Source: Planctomycetaceae bacterium
GTDB taxonomy: Bacteria > Planctomycetota > Planctomycetia > Pirellulales > Thermoguttaceae
DNA length: 64,000 nucleotides
Assembly: GCA_021372555.1 (NCBI GenBank)
Contig: JAJFUI010000062.1
Location: 157 to 64,156 of the forward strand
Reading direction: 5' to 3'
A program made the translations under genes and the position numbers. Within the stretch, counting starts at the first letter, position 1. Each line of letters starts with the position of its first letter. Below, in pieces: positions 46,797 through 57,400 of this stretch. The notes beneath the pieces are model-generated. The model saw only the letters and a program-made list of their open reading frames with translations, was not told the origin of the DNA and did no database searches.

Positions 46797-47120
46797 CTAC
46801 CAGCCCATCACCATGTTCGACTCGATCGCCTTCCGCGAGCGTTCGAGATCGGCGCCGGTGTGTTGCATGTAGAGCCGGATGGCGTGAAGTTTGTCGCCGG
46901 CGGCTTTCGCCAGGCAGTCACGCGCGGTCGAGCAAGGATCGGTCGCGCCGGTGATGCCCAGGGCGGACTTCGAGATCACCCAGGTGTCGCGAGGCCGTCG
47001 CGTGACTCGCACCGGCGGTTCGAGCGGGTAGCTCTCCCGCACGTTCTCGGTGGCGGCGGCCTCGTCCTCGGCCCAGGTGATGATGATATGCGAGGTGGTT
47101 TCGACTTCGAAAAGCGGCAT
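46797..47120 (-). CDS. Hypothetical small protein with an L7/L12-C-terminal-like helix motif
   Basis: 107 aa. The C-terminal DKLHAIRLYMQHTGADLERSRKAIES resembles the K(I/V)xxIKxxRxxTGxGLKEAKxxVE motif of the ribosomal L7/L12 CTD. Lies downstream of cheR on the same strand. Confidence 0.5.
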   Translation of the reverse strand: MPLFEVETTSHIIITWAEDEAAATENVRESYPLEPPVRVTRRPRDTWVISKSALGITGATDPCSTARDCLAKAAGDKLHAIRLYMQHTGADLERSRKAIESNMVMGW

Positions 47121-47276
47121 GCAAAACCTCGTTCGGCTGATGGAAACGGCAACAATCTGGCATCGTAGGCGACTATGGAGTCGCCGTCAACACGGCCAGT
47201 CGCGAGAGGGGGCTACAACAGGCTCCGCAGTGGCTGAAGTTATTCGCCAGGATCACGGACATGAGCGGTTATGACG

Positions 47277-48182
47277 TTAACGACACGACGCCAGCGATGC
47301 GATCGCTTGAGAAAGTGGGCCCGTCGTGGGAAAGCTCAGAACGTTGCTGTCGGCCGAGCAGGGCTGGTAATAGGTGCCCCGGCAATGATGCCGTGGGGCG
47401 AAGCGAGGTCCCAGATCGACCAGGCATTCCGACGAACCGACAAACAGACAACCGTCCGGCGTCAGACGGTCGGCAAGGCGGAAGAAGAGTTCGCGGCGAG
47501 TCGGGGCGTCGAAGTAGATGGCCACGTTGCGGCAAAAAATGACGTCGAATGGCCCCATGTCCGCAATTGGTTGCAGCAGACTGCGGCGGCTGAAGGTCAT
47601 CATCGCCCGCAACTCGTCTTTCGCCTTCCAACCGCCAGGCTCGCGTTGAAAATACTTTGTCATCAAATGCGGCTTCATTCCGCGCTGCATTTCAATGTCG
47701 GCGAAGTGACCGTAGCTGGCCTGGCGGATTGCGGCGTTGGAGATATCGACTCCCTGAATATTGATGTTCCAGAGCGCGGCATCTGGCAGCGTTTCGCAGA
47801 GGGTGATGGCAATGCTGTACGGCTCCTGGCCCGTGCTGCATGCGGCGGACAAAATGCGAAGCCGCCGTGCAAAGGGGGTTCCCGCCCGGGCGTCGATCAG
47901 ATCGGGGAGAACCTTGTACTGCAACGTGTCAAACGGCGACTGGTCGCGGAAGAACAGCGTCTCCTGCGTAGTAATGGCGTCGATGATTGCCGTTTGGATG
48001 GCGCGACCGTCCGCGGAACGCGCCTTTTGGGCCAGCTCAGCGAAGTTGGCGCACCCGGCGGTCTTGGCGATGTCGCCGAGCCGGCTTTCGATCAAGTAGC
48101 CCTTCGAGGCGTCCAGGGTCAGGCCACAGAGCTCGTAAACGAGCCGCGAGATGGCCAAGATGTCACCGTCGATCACTTGCAC
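47277..48182 (-). CDS. cheR: Chemotaxis protein methyltransferase CheR
   Basis: TQETLFFRDQSPFD and LRILSAACSTGQEPYSIAI (SAM site). Start is likely GTG at 48182 or 48176, the latter overlapping the cheB TGA as GTGA. The ORF-track ATG at 48299 lies inside cheB. Confidence 0.85.
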   Translation of the reverse strand: MQVIDGDILAISRLVYELCGLTLDASKGYLIESRLGDIAKTAGCANFAELAQKARSADGRAIQTAIIDAITTQETLFFRDQSPFDTLQYKVLPDLIDARAGTPFARRLRILSAACSTGQEPYSIAITLCETLPDAALWNINIQGVDISNAAIRQASYGHFADIEMQRGMKPHLMTKYFQREPGGWKAKDELRAMMTFSRRSLLQPIADMGPFDVIFCRNVAIYFDAPTRRELFFRLADRLTPDGCLFVGSSECLVDLGPRFAPRHHCRGTYYQPCSADSNVLSFPTTGPLSQAIASLASCR

Positions 48183-49312
48183 GTTGCTAGCCCTCCGTGT
48201 CGTGCGATACGAACAATTTCCTGAGCCATGTTTTCGAGCGGAACCGGCTTCGCGATTCCCTCGATGATTGGCTCGCGAGGCATCCCGAAAACGACGCAAC
48301 TAGCTTCGTTTTGTGCGAGAATTGGTGCACCAATCCGATGGAACAAACGACATCCGGCCGCGCCGTCGTTGCCCATGCCCGTCATTAGCACCGCCAACGC
48401 CCGGCCACCGTAGACATTGGCCACCGATCGGAACAGGTAATCGACTGAAGGGCGACAACTGTTCTCGGGCGGGTCCTCGGTGATGCGGATCACGGTTGCG
48501 CCGTCCTGCCGCTCGACCTTCATCTGCCGCCCGCCGGGAGCAATAAGAATGACGCCGGGGACGACTGGCTGGCCATCCGCGGCCTCGTAGACCCGCAGCG
48601 CGCAGCGGCCGTTCAGGTCGTCGGCCAGCGATCGCGTGAACATCGGAGGCATGTGCTGAACAATCAGCACGGGCACTCCAAGGTTGGCTGGCAGTTGGGG
48701 AAGCATGTGCATCAATGCCTGCGGACCGCCGGTCGAAATGCCGATGGTCACGGCCTCGCACTTTTGCATTCCCGCAAGGTGATCCATTGCCGACGCGAGA
48801 TTGCCGGCGACTCCTTGCTGTCCTGTGTTGGCGGCGATTGTGGACGTCGGCAGTGCGGTTCGTGTGCCGCTTCCGCCGGTACGAAGAATCGTGCTGATCT
48901 CGCGAGCACGCGAGAACGCCTCGATTCGGATGGCGAGTTGCCGCCGTAATTTTTCGAGATTTGCTTCGGGGGTGCCGCCGCTTGGCTTGACGACGAAGTC
49001 GAAAGCCCCCATTTCCAGGGCATCGAGAGTCACGTCGGCCCCTTCGCTGGTGAAGGAGCTGAGCATGATGACCCCGACGTCGGAGCCAGACGCCCTAAGG
49101 CGTCTGAGCACCTCGATGCCGTTGACCGAGGGCATTTCGACGTCGAGCGTCAGAAGATCGGGGTGAAGATTCTCGACCTTCTGCAGGGCGATCTTGCCGT
49201 CGGCAGCGACGCCGACGACTTCGACGCCGGCCACGCCTTCCAGGGCTCTGGAAACAATGGTGCGATAGGCGACTGCATCGTCGACAACGAGTACTCGCAT
49301 ATCATCTCCCAT
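48173..49312 (-). CDS. cheB: Chemotaxis response regulator protein-glutamate methylesterase CheB
   Basis: N-terminal REC (MRVLVVDD...DLLTLDVEMP). Esterase triad contexts: GISTGGPQAL, VQHMPP, LMTGMGNDGA. Confidence 0.92.
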   Translation of the reverse strand: MGDDMRVLVVDDAVAYRTIVSRALEGVAGVEVVGVAADGKIALQKVENLHPDLLTLDVEMPSVNGIEVLRRLRASGSDVGVIMLSSFTSEGADVTLDALEMGAFDFVVKPSGGTPEANLEKLRRQLAIRIEAFSRAREISTILRTGGSGTRTALPTSTIAANTGQQGVAGNLASAMDHLAGMQKCEAVTIGISTGGPQALMHMLPQLPANLGVPVLIVQHMPPMFTRSLADDLNGRCALRVYEAADGQPVVPGVILIAPGGRQMKVERQDGATVIRITEDPPENSCRPSVDYLFRSVANVYGGRALAVLMTGMGNDGAAGCRLFHRIGAPILAQNEASCVVFGMPREPIIEGIAKPVPLENMAQEIVRIARHGGLATCK

Positions 49313-49342
49313 TGGTGGCGTGGCCGGCGTCGTCGTTTGTTG

Positions 49343-51409
49343 TTACTTCGTTTGGAACTGGCCGACCAGCGACTGAAGCTGGTTGGCGACGTTCGTCACC
49401 TTGCCGCTGGCGGTCTGGGCAATCGTTGCCCCTTCGGCCGTCTGCTTGGCCGCCTGATCCACCTGCACGATATTGCGGGTGATTTCCTTGGTGGCCGAAG
49501 CGGATTCAGCGATTCCCTTTGCCACGGTCTCAGCGGCCGTGGAGGTCTGGGCGATGTTCCTGGCGATCTCCTTCGTCGTGATGCTCTGCTCTTCGACGGC
49601 TGAGGCGATGACCCGCGAAACCTCGTTGACCTTCTTGATGACCTCGTCGATCTCGCCGATGGACTGAACGACGTGGCCGGTCGAGTTCTGGATGCCCTCG
49701 ATCCGCTGGCGGATGTCCTCGGTGGCGGCGCCGGTTTGCCGGGCCAACTCCTTGACCTCCGTGGCGACGACCGCGAATCCCTTGCCCGCGTCACCGGCCC
49801 GAGCGGCTTCAATCGTTGCGTTCAGGGCCAGCAGATTGGTCTGCTCGGCGATGTCCTGAATCACTTCGATGACCTTGCCGATTTCGCCGGCCGCAGTGCC
49901 CAACTCACCGATCTTGACGTTGCCGGCCTTGGTCAGGTCCGCCGCAGTGCCGGCGACAGTGGCCGCTTGCTCGGCGCTCCGAGCAACCTCGCTGATGCTG
50001 GCCGTCAGTTCCTCGACCGCCGAGGCGACCGTCTTGACGTTGCCCGACATCTGCTCGGTCGAAGCGGCCATGGTGTTCATGTTCGTGGACATTTGCTCGG
50101 CAGCCGCAGCGACGGTGGCCGATTGGTTGGTGGCTTCCTCAGCACCGCTGGCCAATTGGGTGGCGGTGGCGGCCAGTTCATTCGAGGAACCGGCCAAGAC
50201 GTTCATGTTCTGGGTCACTTCGCCGAACATCCGGCGGAGATTAACGCCCATCTCGTTGAGCGACTGGCCCAAAACGCCGATTTCGTCCATCTGCGTGACG
50301 TCGACCGAGTGGGTCAGGTCGCCCTTCGCCATGAGCTTCGCGAACTCGATACCCCGGTACAACCGATGGGTAATCGAGACCGAAAGTGTGATGCCCAACA
50401 ACAAGGCAGCCGCGAAGCACACGCCCGTGGCAGCGGTCACAGCGGTGATGGCGCGGTTAGCGGCCTGTTGGCCGTCGCGGACCGTGTCGTCCGCCGAGGT
50501 GTTGATCGCCGCAATGAGCTTGTCCAGGGTTGCGACCGTTTTGGTCTCCGCCTCCGCACTCACGCGGAGCGACTGGTGCTCTAGCTTGCGGGAAAGATCG
50601 ACACCGTGGCGACTGATCGCGATCGCCTTGTCGAACTTGGTCGCGATAATCACCATCGCGGGACCCATTTCGTCATGGTACGCGGTCGCGGCGGCGTCCC
50701 ACTTCCCTTGGCCGACCAGCTCGACGACCTTATTCGAGGCGTCCAGGAATCTCCGCTGCTGCGCGTTCACCTCTTGCATCGCGGACCGCAATTCCGAATT
50801 GCGGACGTTTCCAACGAGCCATTGATTGAGCTCGTCAATCGGCGCAGTCGACGTGCTCAGGTTCAACTGAACGGCTTTCTTGGCGACGAGCGATTCGAGC
50901 GTTTGCCGGCAAATACGATTGTAAGCGACTTGTGCGGCGGCAACGTGCTCGTGCAGAGAAATCGGATCGCCGACTTGCAAGTCGTCGATCTCATGAGATA
51001 TCTTGATGCACTCGTTGTTGACGCTTCTCCAAGTGTCCCACGCAATGGAGAACTCGTGCCACACCTGCTGCTCTTCCGATGCGTGGCGGAGGGATTCATA
51101 GAGCTTCCGGGCTTTCCCATAGTCCTCGCGGATGGCCAGAATGTTGTCGTACTGACTCTTGCGATCCTCCGGGCTGCAGCTCAGGTTCGAAAGCGTTCGG
51201 ATGACGCTCTTGATCTGCTCTGCCGCAAGACGGCATTCCAAGAGGCTTCGGACGCTCGGCAGGTTGTTGCTGCCGACAGTCTGCAAGTTCTGAGTCGTGT
51301 TGCTGGTGCCCCAGTAGCCGACGCCGCCGATGATGCCGGTCAGCACCGCGACGAAGACGAAACCGCCGATAAGTTTCGCTCGCAGGTTCATCTTGGAAAA
51401 AATACTCAT
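49343..51409 (-). CDS. Methyl-accepting chemotaxis protein (two TM helices, large helical periplasmic sensor, HAMP)
   Basis: HAMP ([13 protein letters not shown]) and the invariant signalling hairpin [35 protein letters not shown]. Confidence 0.92.
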   Translation of the reverse strand: MSIFSKMNLRAKLIGGFVFVAVLTGIIGGVGYWGTSNTTQNLQTVGSNNLPSVRSLLECRLAAEQIKSVIRTLSNLSCSPEDRKSQYDNILAIREDYGKARKLYESLRHASEEQQVWHEFSIAWDTWRSVNNECIKISHEIDDLQVGDPISLHEHVAAAQVAYNRICRQTLESLVAKKAVQLNLSTSTAPIDELNQWLVGNVRNSELRSAMQEVNAQQRRFLDASNKVVELVGQGKWDAAATAYHDEMGPAMVIIATKFDKAIAISRHGVDLSRKLEHQSLRVSAEAETKTVATLDKLIAAINTSADDTVRDGQQAANRAITAVTAATGVCFAAALLLGITLSVSITHRLYRGIEFAKLMAKGDLTHSVDVTQMDEIGVLGQSLNEMGVNLRRMFGEVTQNMNVLAGSSNELAATATQLASGAEEATNQSATVAAAAEQMSTNMNTMAASTEQMSGNVKTVASAVEELTASISEVARSAEQAATVAGTAADLTKAGNVKIGELGTAAGEIGKVIEVIQDIAEQTNLLALNATIEAARAGDAGKGFAVVATEVKELARQTGAATEDIRQRIEGIQNSTGHVVQSIGEIDEVIKKVNEVSRVIASAVEEQSITTKEIARNIAQTSTAAETVAKGIAESASATKEITRNIVQVDQAAKQTAEGATIAQTASGKVTNVANQLQSLVGQFQTK

Positions 51410-51544
51410 GCTTCAACTCCTCGCAATCAAAGGTGGGTAAAAGTGTGTGTTAACTCTCCGACTTTGGCCACGCCTGCTGCACTCCGGTCCGGCGACTCAA
51501 ACCATCGAGTGTGTCCTGACCGACGCCGCTCGTGTGCCACTCGC

Positions 51545-52006
51545 TCAGTTTCCTGCCAAAACCTCCTCCATGTTCAAGACGGCCAACAGCCCGTGATCCA
51601 GCTCGTAGATTCCCTGGAGAAAGCGGCCTTGCGCCCCGTTTAGATTGGCGGGCGGGGCCTTGATGTCGCTCCATGAGGCATTGACCACGTCGGCGATCCG
51701 GTCGACGAGGAAGCCGATCCGCTCACCGCCCGCGTTGACGACCACGTTTCGGGTCGTGGCGGTGGTGACGTTGTTCCCAAGGCCGAGGATCCATCGCAGG
51801 TCGAGCACCGTCACGACCTCGCCGCGGAGGTTGACGACGCCCAGGACCCACTCGGGCGAATGGGCGACCGGCGTCACGTCGACGTGGCGATTGATCTCCT
51901 CGACATGACAGATCTCGGCGCCGAGCAACAAGTCGCCGACGCAAAAGGTGACGAACTCAACGTCGCCGCTACGAACCGGAGCGGCAGCTTCCAAAGTGGC
52001 GTTCAT
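51545..52006 (-). CDS. cheW: Chemotaxis coupling protein CheW
   Basis: 153 aa with a CheW-fold sequence (FVTFCVGDLLLGAEI...VVNLRGEVVTVLDLR). Its ATG overlaps the cheA TGA (ATGA at 52003-52006). Confidence 0.9.
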   Translation of the reverse strand: MNATLEAAAPVRSGDVEFVTFCVGDLLLGAEICHVEEINRHVDVTPVAHSPEWVLGVVNLRGEVVTVLDLRWILGLGNNVTTATTRNVVVNAGGERIGFLVDRIADVVNASWSDIKAPPANLNGAQGRFLQGIYELDHGLLAVLNMEEVLAGN

Positions 52007-54681
52007 GAGATTCTCCCGGTGGTGTTTTGAGGTTGGACGGCCCCGAGCCGCGACAATCGAAGCCGCTCGGCCACCGTATTGACGAGCTGGTCTCGATCCA
52101 GCTTGATCAGATACTCGTCGATCCCGGCCTTGCGGCCTCGCTCAACGTCCTCTTCGCTCGCCAACGAGGTGACGGCGATAATCGGAAGACGTCGCAGCGA
52201 CGGATCGCTCTTCACCCGTTTCGCCAGGTCGAATCCGTTCATGTGCGGCATTTCCAGGTCCGTAACGATCAGATCGTACGGCTGTCCCGGCCGACGAAGC
52301 GCATCCCACGCAATCTGGCCGTCCTCGCACGCAAGCACGTTGTAGCCGTCGGCCTGCAGGAAGCTGACCAACTGCTTTCGGAAGAAGCCAGAGTCTTCGG
52401 CAAGCAAGATTGTTGGGGCGTGCGGTGCAGCGGGCGTCTCGGCCTGCGGCGCGTGTTCGAACCAATCCGGGTGAGCCGCACGGCAGAGCTCAAGCAGGTC
52501 CAAGAGCCGTGTTGTCTTGCCTTCGAGAACGAGCGATCCGACAACGCCCGGCTCGCGGAACGACGTGGTGTCGATTTCGGTCGGGACGGCTCGGATGTCG
52601 GTCAACTGCGGGGCAATCAGGCCGATTTCGCGTTGCCCGACGCGGAAAACAATGACGTAGAGACGCTGTTGCTCCGCCCGAGGCAACGCCCTGATTTGCT
52701 TTTCCAGGCTCAGCAACGTCAGGGACGCGCCGCGATATTGCAGCACTTCCTGGCCGCCGACGCTGTCGATCTGGTCGCCGCGGATGCGTTCCAGGCGGGA
52801 AATGAGCCCCATTGGAACGGCGAATTGCTCGGTTGACGCATTGGTAAACAGGAGCATCGCCTGGCTGTCGGCCGAAGCTGCCATCGTCTCGACGCTCTCC
52901 GAGCGGTCTTTCTCCTCGCGAATGGCCAACGATGCCTGAGCGGCCAAGCCGGCCACGTCCAGGATTAGCGCCACCTGGCCATCGCCAAGAATTGTGGCGC
53001 CGGCGAAGCAGCGGCAATCCTTCATATTCTTGCCCAACGGCTTTACCACGATCTCTTCCGAGTCGTGCAAGGCGTCGACGATTAGGCCGTACCGGAGGTG
53101 GCCGCTCTCGACGACGATAATGTTCGTGTTGCCGGCCACTCCGGTGTGATCCGGGGTGTTTGCACCGGACGAAGGCAGCCGCAGCGCTCCGCTCAAGCGG
53201 ACCAGCGGCAGCAGATTTCCGCGAAGGCGAAGGACCTCGGCGTCGTTGACGCACTGGAGCTTGTCGGCGCGTTCTCCGGCTTTTACCCGCACCAGCTCAC
53301 TGATGCTCGCTTGAGGGATGGCGAAGCGGCCAGCACCGCAGCGAACGATGAGGGAGGGGACAATTGCCAGGGTCAGCGGCAGAGTGAGGTTCACGCCCGT
53401 GCCTTGGCCGACACGGCTGTCGACGTCGACCGTGCCGCCGAGCCGCTCGATGTTCGTCCGTACGACGTCCATGCCGACGCCACGGCCGCTAATGTTCGTC
53501 AATTGGTCAGCCGTCGAAAAGCCGGGGCGGAAGATCAGTCTCAGCGATTCCCGGTCGCCGAGCTCGTGCGCTTGCTCGGCCGTAATAATGCCCTTGGCAA
53601 CGGCCTTCTCGCGAATCCTGGCCACGTCGATGCCGGCTCCATCGTCACGAACGACGAGATGGACCTTGCCGGCCTGATGGAACGCCTTCAGGAGAATCCT
53701 GCCCTTGGGCGACTTGCCTGCGGCAATACGCTCTGCCGGCGTTTCCAGTCCGTGGTCCACCGCGTTTCGGATCAGGTGGGTCAAGGGATCGCCGATCGCT
53801 TCGATGATCGACTTGTCGAGTTCGACATCCTCGCCCTCGACGACCAGGTCGCACTGCTTGCCCAGGGTGCCGCACAGGTCGCGGACGACGCGGGGGAACT
53901 TGCTGAAGACGGTTTCGACTACCTGGAGCCGCGTTTGCATCACGGCTTCCTGAATCTCGCTGGTCACCTGGTTCAGGCGTGCGGAGATCGAGTCGAGATT
54001 CCCGTTCGTCTTGCTGCCGACCGTCTGCAGCAACTGATTGCGGGAGAGAACCAGTTCTCCGGCCAGGTTCATCAAGTGGTCCAGGACGCGGACCGACACG
54101 CGGATGTTCGTTTCGGTCGCGGGGGTGTGCCCAGTTGGCCTAGTCGAATTGCCGCGGTCGGCTGTCTCGGTGGCCGAGACGCTGTCCGCGGGCGTCCGAA
54201 CGTCATTGGCCGGCTCCGAGGCGGCCTCGGCCACGAACGTCTGGACCATATCGAGGGTCTTCTCGGTGTCGGCAGGCGGCGGCACCGGGACGGCCGTCTG
54301 CGCGCCGCTTGCGATGGATCGGAGGGCCGTCAGGTGCTCGGAGACATCGACATCCCCGGAGTTGTCGACGTTTTCGACCATCGCCCGAAGCGTGTCGGCG
54401 GCCCGCAGCAGTGCGTTGGTGATTCCCGCGTCGGGCGCCAACTCCCGGCTGCGAATCAGATTCAGGACGGTCTCCATCTCGTGCGAGAGGTCCTGGATGT
54501 TAGAGAGCTGCAGGAACCCGGCTGTGCCCTTGATCGAATGGACGGCACGAAAGACAGTGTTGACCAGCTCCTCGTCAATCGCGGCGCCATTGGCCTCGAT
54601 CGCCAGCAACTGGCTTTCGATGTCGGCCAGATGGTCGCAAGATTCCGCTACGAATTCGTCAACGATTTGACGGTCGTTCAT
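52003..54681 (-). CDS. cheA: Hybrid chemotaxis histidine kinase CheA with two CheW-like domains and a C-terminal receiver
   Basis: Hpt (VHSIKGTAGFL) and HATPase (HLIRNAVDHG, DDGAGID, GRGVGMDVV). P5 domain (IIVVESGHLRYGLIVDAL...GDGQVALILDV). A second CheW-like segment (MLLFTNASTEQFAVPMGLISRLE...LVLEGKTTRLLDL). REC (ILLAEDSGFFRK...DLIVTDLEMPHMNG...IAVTS). Start set at MNDRQIVDEF (ATG 54681). Confidence 0.9.
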   Translation of the reverse strand: MNDRQIVDEFVAESCDHLADIESQLLAIEANGAAIDEELVNTVFRAVHSIKGTAGFLQLSNIQDLSHEMETVLNLIRSRELAPDAGITNALLRAADTLRAMVENVDNSGDVDVSEHLTALRSIASGAQTAVPVPPPADTEKTLDMVQTFVAEAASEPANDVRTPADSVSATETADRGNSTRPTGHTPATETNIRVSVRVLDHLMNLAGELVLSRNQLLQTVGSKTNGNLDSISARLNQVTSEIQEAVMQTRLQVVETVFSKFPRVVRDLCGTLGKQCDLVVEGEDVELDKSIIEAIGDPLTHLIRNAVDHGLETPAERIAAGKSPKGRILLKAFHQAGKVHLVVRDDGAGIDVARIREKAVAKGIITAEQAHELGDRESLRLIFRPGFSTADQLTNISGRGVGMDVVRTNIERLGGTVDVDSRVGQGTGVNLTLPLTLAIVPSLIVRCGAGRFAIPQASISELVRVKAGERADKLQCVNDAEVLRLRGNLLPLVRLSGALRLPSSGANTPDHTGVAGNTNIIVVESGHLRYGLIVDALHDSEEIVVKPLGKNMKDCRCFAGATILGDGQVALILDVAGLAAQASLAIREEKDRSESVETMAASADSQAMLLFTNASTEQFAVPMGLISRLERIRGDQIDSVGGQEVLQYRGASLTLLSLEKQIRALPRAEQQRLYVIVFRVGQREIGLIAPQLTDIRAVPTEIDTTSFREPGVVGSLVLEGKTTRLLDLLELCRAAHPDWFEHAPQAETPAAPHAPTILLAEDSGFFRKQLVSFLQADGYNVLACEDGQIAWDALRRPGQPYDLIVTDLEMPHMNGFDLAKRVKSDPSLRRLPIIAVTSLASEEDVERGRKAGIDEYLIKLDRDQLVNTVAERLRLSRLGAVQPQNTTGRIS

Positions 54682-54754
54682 TGCTGTACTCCAGCGTCTT
54701 TGGTTGAGCGGTGATGTGGACGCCAGTCTCTCCGTTGCCGGCGTTCGCGGGTAT

Positions 54755-55270
54755 TTACAGGATTTCCTCGATTTCTTGGCAGATGGCCGCGGCCGCTGCA
54801 GCCAAGTCGGCCTTTTCGACCAACGCGACTTCAACAGCCACGTCGCCCCAGTCGCAGGCGTAGGGGATGCAAACCGAGATGGCGTCCTGCGGGAATCCGA
54901 GCACGTGGTTCTTGCCGATGACCGTCATCGGAAGACTGACATCCAGGGCGAGGTGTTCCAGCTTGGCCTTGGCGGCGCCGGCGATAATGTTGGTCAGCTC
55001 GCCGACGGCGTCGGTCACGTCCCCGTTGATCTGAGCCGGCTGCTCGCCGAGCATCGCGCCGGTTGCCGACAGGGCGGCTTCCTGGCTGAGGCTCAGGACG
55101 ACCGTGCCGCGGGCCTTCTTGGACGAGAGTCCAATAACGCCGCTCACTTCGTACTGCGGCTTGAGGCCCACTTTGGTGAACGTTTCACGCGGCGTCAGTT
55201 TGCAGTTCAACATGGCTTCGAATGTCGAGACTGCCGCAGTCAAAAAGTGATCGATGTACTCGGGATTCAT
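54755..55270 (-). CDS. cheX: CheX/CheC-family CheY-P phosphatase
   Basis: MNPEYIDHFLTAAVSTFEAM...GELTNIIAGAAK is the typical CheX pattern. ATG at 55270. Confidence 0.75.
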   Translation of the reverse strand: MNPEYIDHFLTAAVSTFEAMLNCKLTPRETFTKVGLKPQYEVSGVIGLSSKKARGTVVLSLSQEAALSATGAMLGEQPAQINGDVTDAVGELTNIIAGAAKAKLEHLALDVSLPMTVIGKNHVLGFPQDAISVCIPYACDWGDVAVEVALVEKADLAAAAAAICQEIEEIL

Positions 55271-55605
55271 TGTGGTTTGCCAGGATGCCGGCCGTCGGCC
55301 GCTGAGCTGGCCCCAAGGTGTGTGTGGCTCGGAGGGAATGCGCCTGTCACGCAAACAGGCGAGCTAGGGAAAGATAGGTTGCAAAATTGCCGCCGGTAGG
55401 CGTACTTTTCGCATGCCGCGTCGCAACCGCTGAATCGGCGTCCGTCGATGGAATCACTGGCGGTGCGGCGTGGAAGTCCATTCGGTGAAAGACCCGCAGG
55501 ACGGAGAAGAGAACCGTCCTCGGAAAGCGGACGCACGGCACAGACCGCGTGCGTCAATCGCCTGGGATGCTGAGAGATGCCGAACGGCTTTCTGACGCGG
55601 CGGCC

Positions 55606-56052
55606 CTAGGAGATCCGCTTGCCCCAGCTCTCCTTCGGCGTCGCCTGGGGAACAAACTGGGGATGCCAGCCGCCATCGGAGCTGACGTTTGATTTCGCGG
55701 CGAGATGGTTATTGAGCATCGCGCGAAGTTTATCCTGATCGAACGGCTTCACCAAATAGTCGGTAGCGCCGGCGAAAATGGCGTCGGCGATCCGCTCCTT
55801 TTCGGCTTCGGTCGTGATCATGATGATCGGGACGGTGGAGCCTAGGGCACGAATCTCTCGGACCACCTCCAGCCCGCTCTTGTTGGGCATATTCCAATCC
55901 GTCAGCACAAGCTCAAAGTGCCCCGCTTTGAACAGGGCTACGGCCTGGTCGCCGTCCGATGCCTCCGTTGCCGACAGCACCCCAACGTCCTCCAGGAGAC
56001 GTCGGATGATCTTCCTCATGACCCCAGAATCGTCGGCTAGCAAGACTTTCAT
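55606..56052 (-). CDS. cheY: CheY-like single-domain response regulator with a ~25-aa C-terminal tail
   Basis: MKVLLADDS...LVLTDWNMPNKSG...IIMITTE...YLVKP. All REC signature residues are present. Confidence 0.88.
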   Translation of the reverse strand: MKVLLADDSGVMRKIIRRLLEDVGVLSATEASDGDQAVALFKAGHFELVLTDWNMPNKSGLEVVREIRALGSTVPIIMITTEAEKERIADAIFAGATDYLVKPFDQDKLRAMLNNHLAAKSNVSSDGGWHPQFVPQATPKESWGKRIS

Positions 56053-56321
56053 AACCGCAGTCCTCGGAGCGTCGTCCCAGCCGTTGTCCGCGTTCGTTTA
56101 CCTGGTGGCGAATCCCAGCCCATGCGGGGAGTCGCCCCAAGAACGAGGAACAGCCACTAATGCATAGGTTCCAAGTCAGGCGTTGTCAATTGCGAGGCTA
56201 GGGAAACGGCGAAAGATGAGAAAAAGACTCCGAGGACGTCGCCGGATGGCCTCGCTGAAAAGACAGTCGCACCCTACCGTTGGGGCGGTGCTTGGCGGTC
56301 ATGGCGAAACGCCGTCGCCGG

Positions 56322-57215
56322 CTAGCGCTCCCGAACGGTCCCCATCCGGGCGGCCACGGCGGCCTTTCGTCCCAGACGTCCCGCGAGGCTCGAGAATTCC
56401 GAGCGGACCTCGGGCTCCACGCGGTCGAGTCTGGTAGCCAAAGATTGAACCTTGCTGGTGTTCAGCTCCGCGGTGCGCGATAGGCTGGAGACGAAACCAG
56501 CCGTCAGAAGAAAGTTGTTGTCGGCCGTCTGGCCCAGCAGGGGCGCAATCGTCTTTGTCAGCAATTCCGCGCCCGTCGGACCGACGCTCAGCAAGCAGTC
56601 GACGCGGCTAGTGACATAGTGGCGATCGTTGCTTTCGCGATCGTACCCCGTCCTGAGCACTAGCACACCACGGCCTTTAACGGAACGCGGCAGTAGCGGC
56701 CCGTCGTAGCTTCCTTCGAGGTAGATCACGTGTTTGTCGTTGCTGCGGTAAACGTATTTCAACGAGCCGGTGGCGCCTGCCGGCTCCGTGATTGCGAAGC
56801 GGTCTTCGCCGATCTGCCAGAGCTGAAGCCGGCTGGCTTTCAGGACCTCCCAAATGTTGACCACGACGTCTGGGTGCCGCACCAGAAAAAGGTACATGTC
56901 GGGGTCGCAGTCGATCGTTTTGGTGGGCAATCGCCGGAATATACTGACATTCGCTATCACGCCGCTGACCTTGGCGCGGTCGGCCGGCGAGAGCTCGTTC
57001 AATGGAATGGAACGGATGGCATCCTGGCGAGCGCGGTCACTCGTCGTGGCGCCGGAAGACGCGTGCCAGTCGGCGGCCGGTGTTGCAGCCCAAACGCCTG
57101 GGGCAGATGCGAGCAACAACGCCATCGCTGCCGCCAAGGAAATCGCCGTGGCGGCGATGCGGAACCTGCTTCTTATCAGTATGCCCAACGCTGGCATCCG
57201 GCTCGTGTATCGCAT
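56322..57215 (-). CDS. Secreted hypothetical protein
   Basis: 297-aa ORF with a signal peptide (AISLAAAMALLLASAPGVWA). No motif recognised. Confidence 0.5.
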   Translation of the reverse strand: MRYTSRMPALGILIRSRFRIAATAISLAAAMALLLASAPGVWAATPAADWHASSGATTSDRARQDAIRSIPLNELSPADRAKVSGVIANVSIFRRLPTKTIDCDPDMYLFLVRHPDVVVNIWEVLKASRLQLWQIGEDRFAITEPAGATGSLKYVYRSNDKHVIYLEGSYDGPLLPRSVKGRGVLVLRTGYDRESNDRHYVTSRVDCLLSVGPTGAELLTKTIAPLLGQTADNNFLLTAGFVSSLSRTAELNTSKVQSLATRLDRVEPEVRSEFSSLAGRLGRKAAVAARMGTVRER

Positions 57216-57400
57216 TCCCCCCCCAGGGAGCGCGGCGTCAGCCGCTACTCAGTAGATCCGAACAGGACTGTGGTACAGTTTTCCTGTTATTCGGCCTGGG
57301 AAGGCGTTGCGGGTCAGTGAAAAAATCGGAGTGTTGTTAAACGGGGTAATCTGCGATGCCGCGACGCAACCGGTACGCGTGCTGCCATGCTAACGCGGCC

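Noticed and set aside
47271-48224. 317-aa plus-strand ORF antisense to cheR
   Set aside because: CheR motifs (SAM site, FFRD) are clear on the minus strand. The plus-strand product is a shadow ORF.
55271-55605. 96-aa and 64-aa ORFs in the cheY-cheX gap, considered as a missing che gene such as cheD or cheZ
   Set aside because: The translations (Pro/Arg/Ser-rich, Cys-containing) resemble no che protein, and codon usage looks non-coding. The region is treated as an intergenic promoter region for cheX-cheA.
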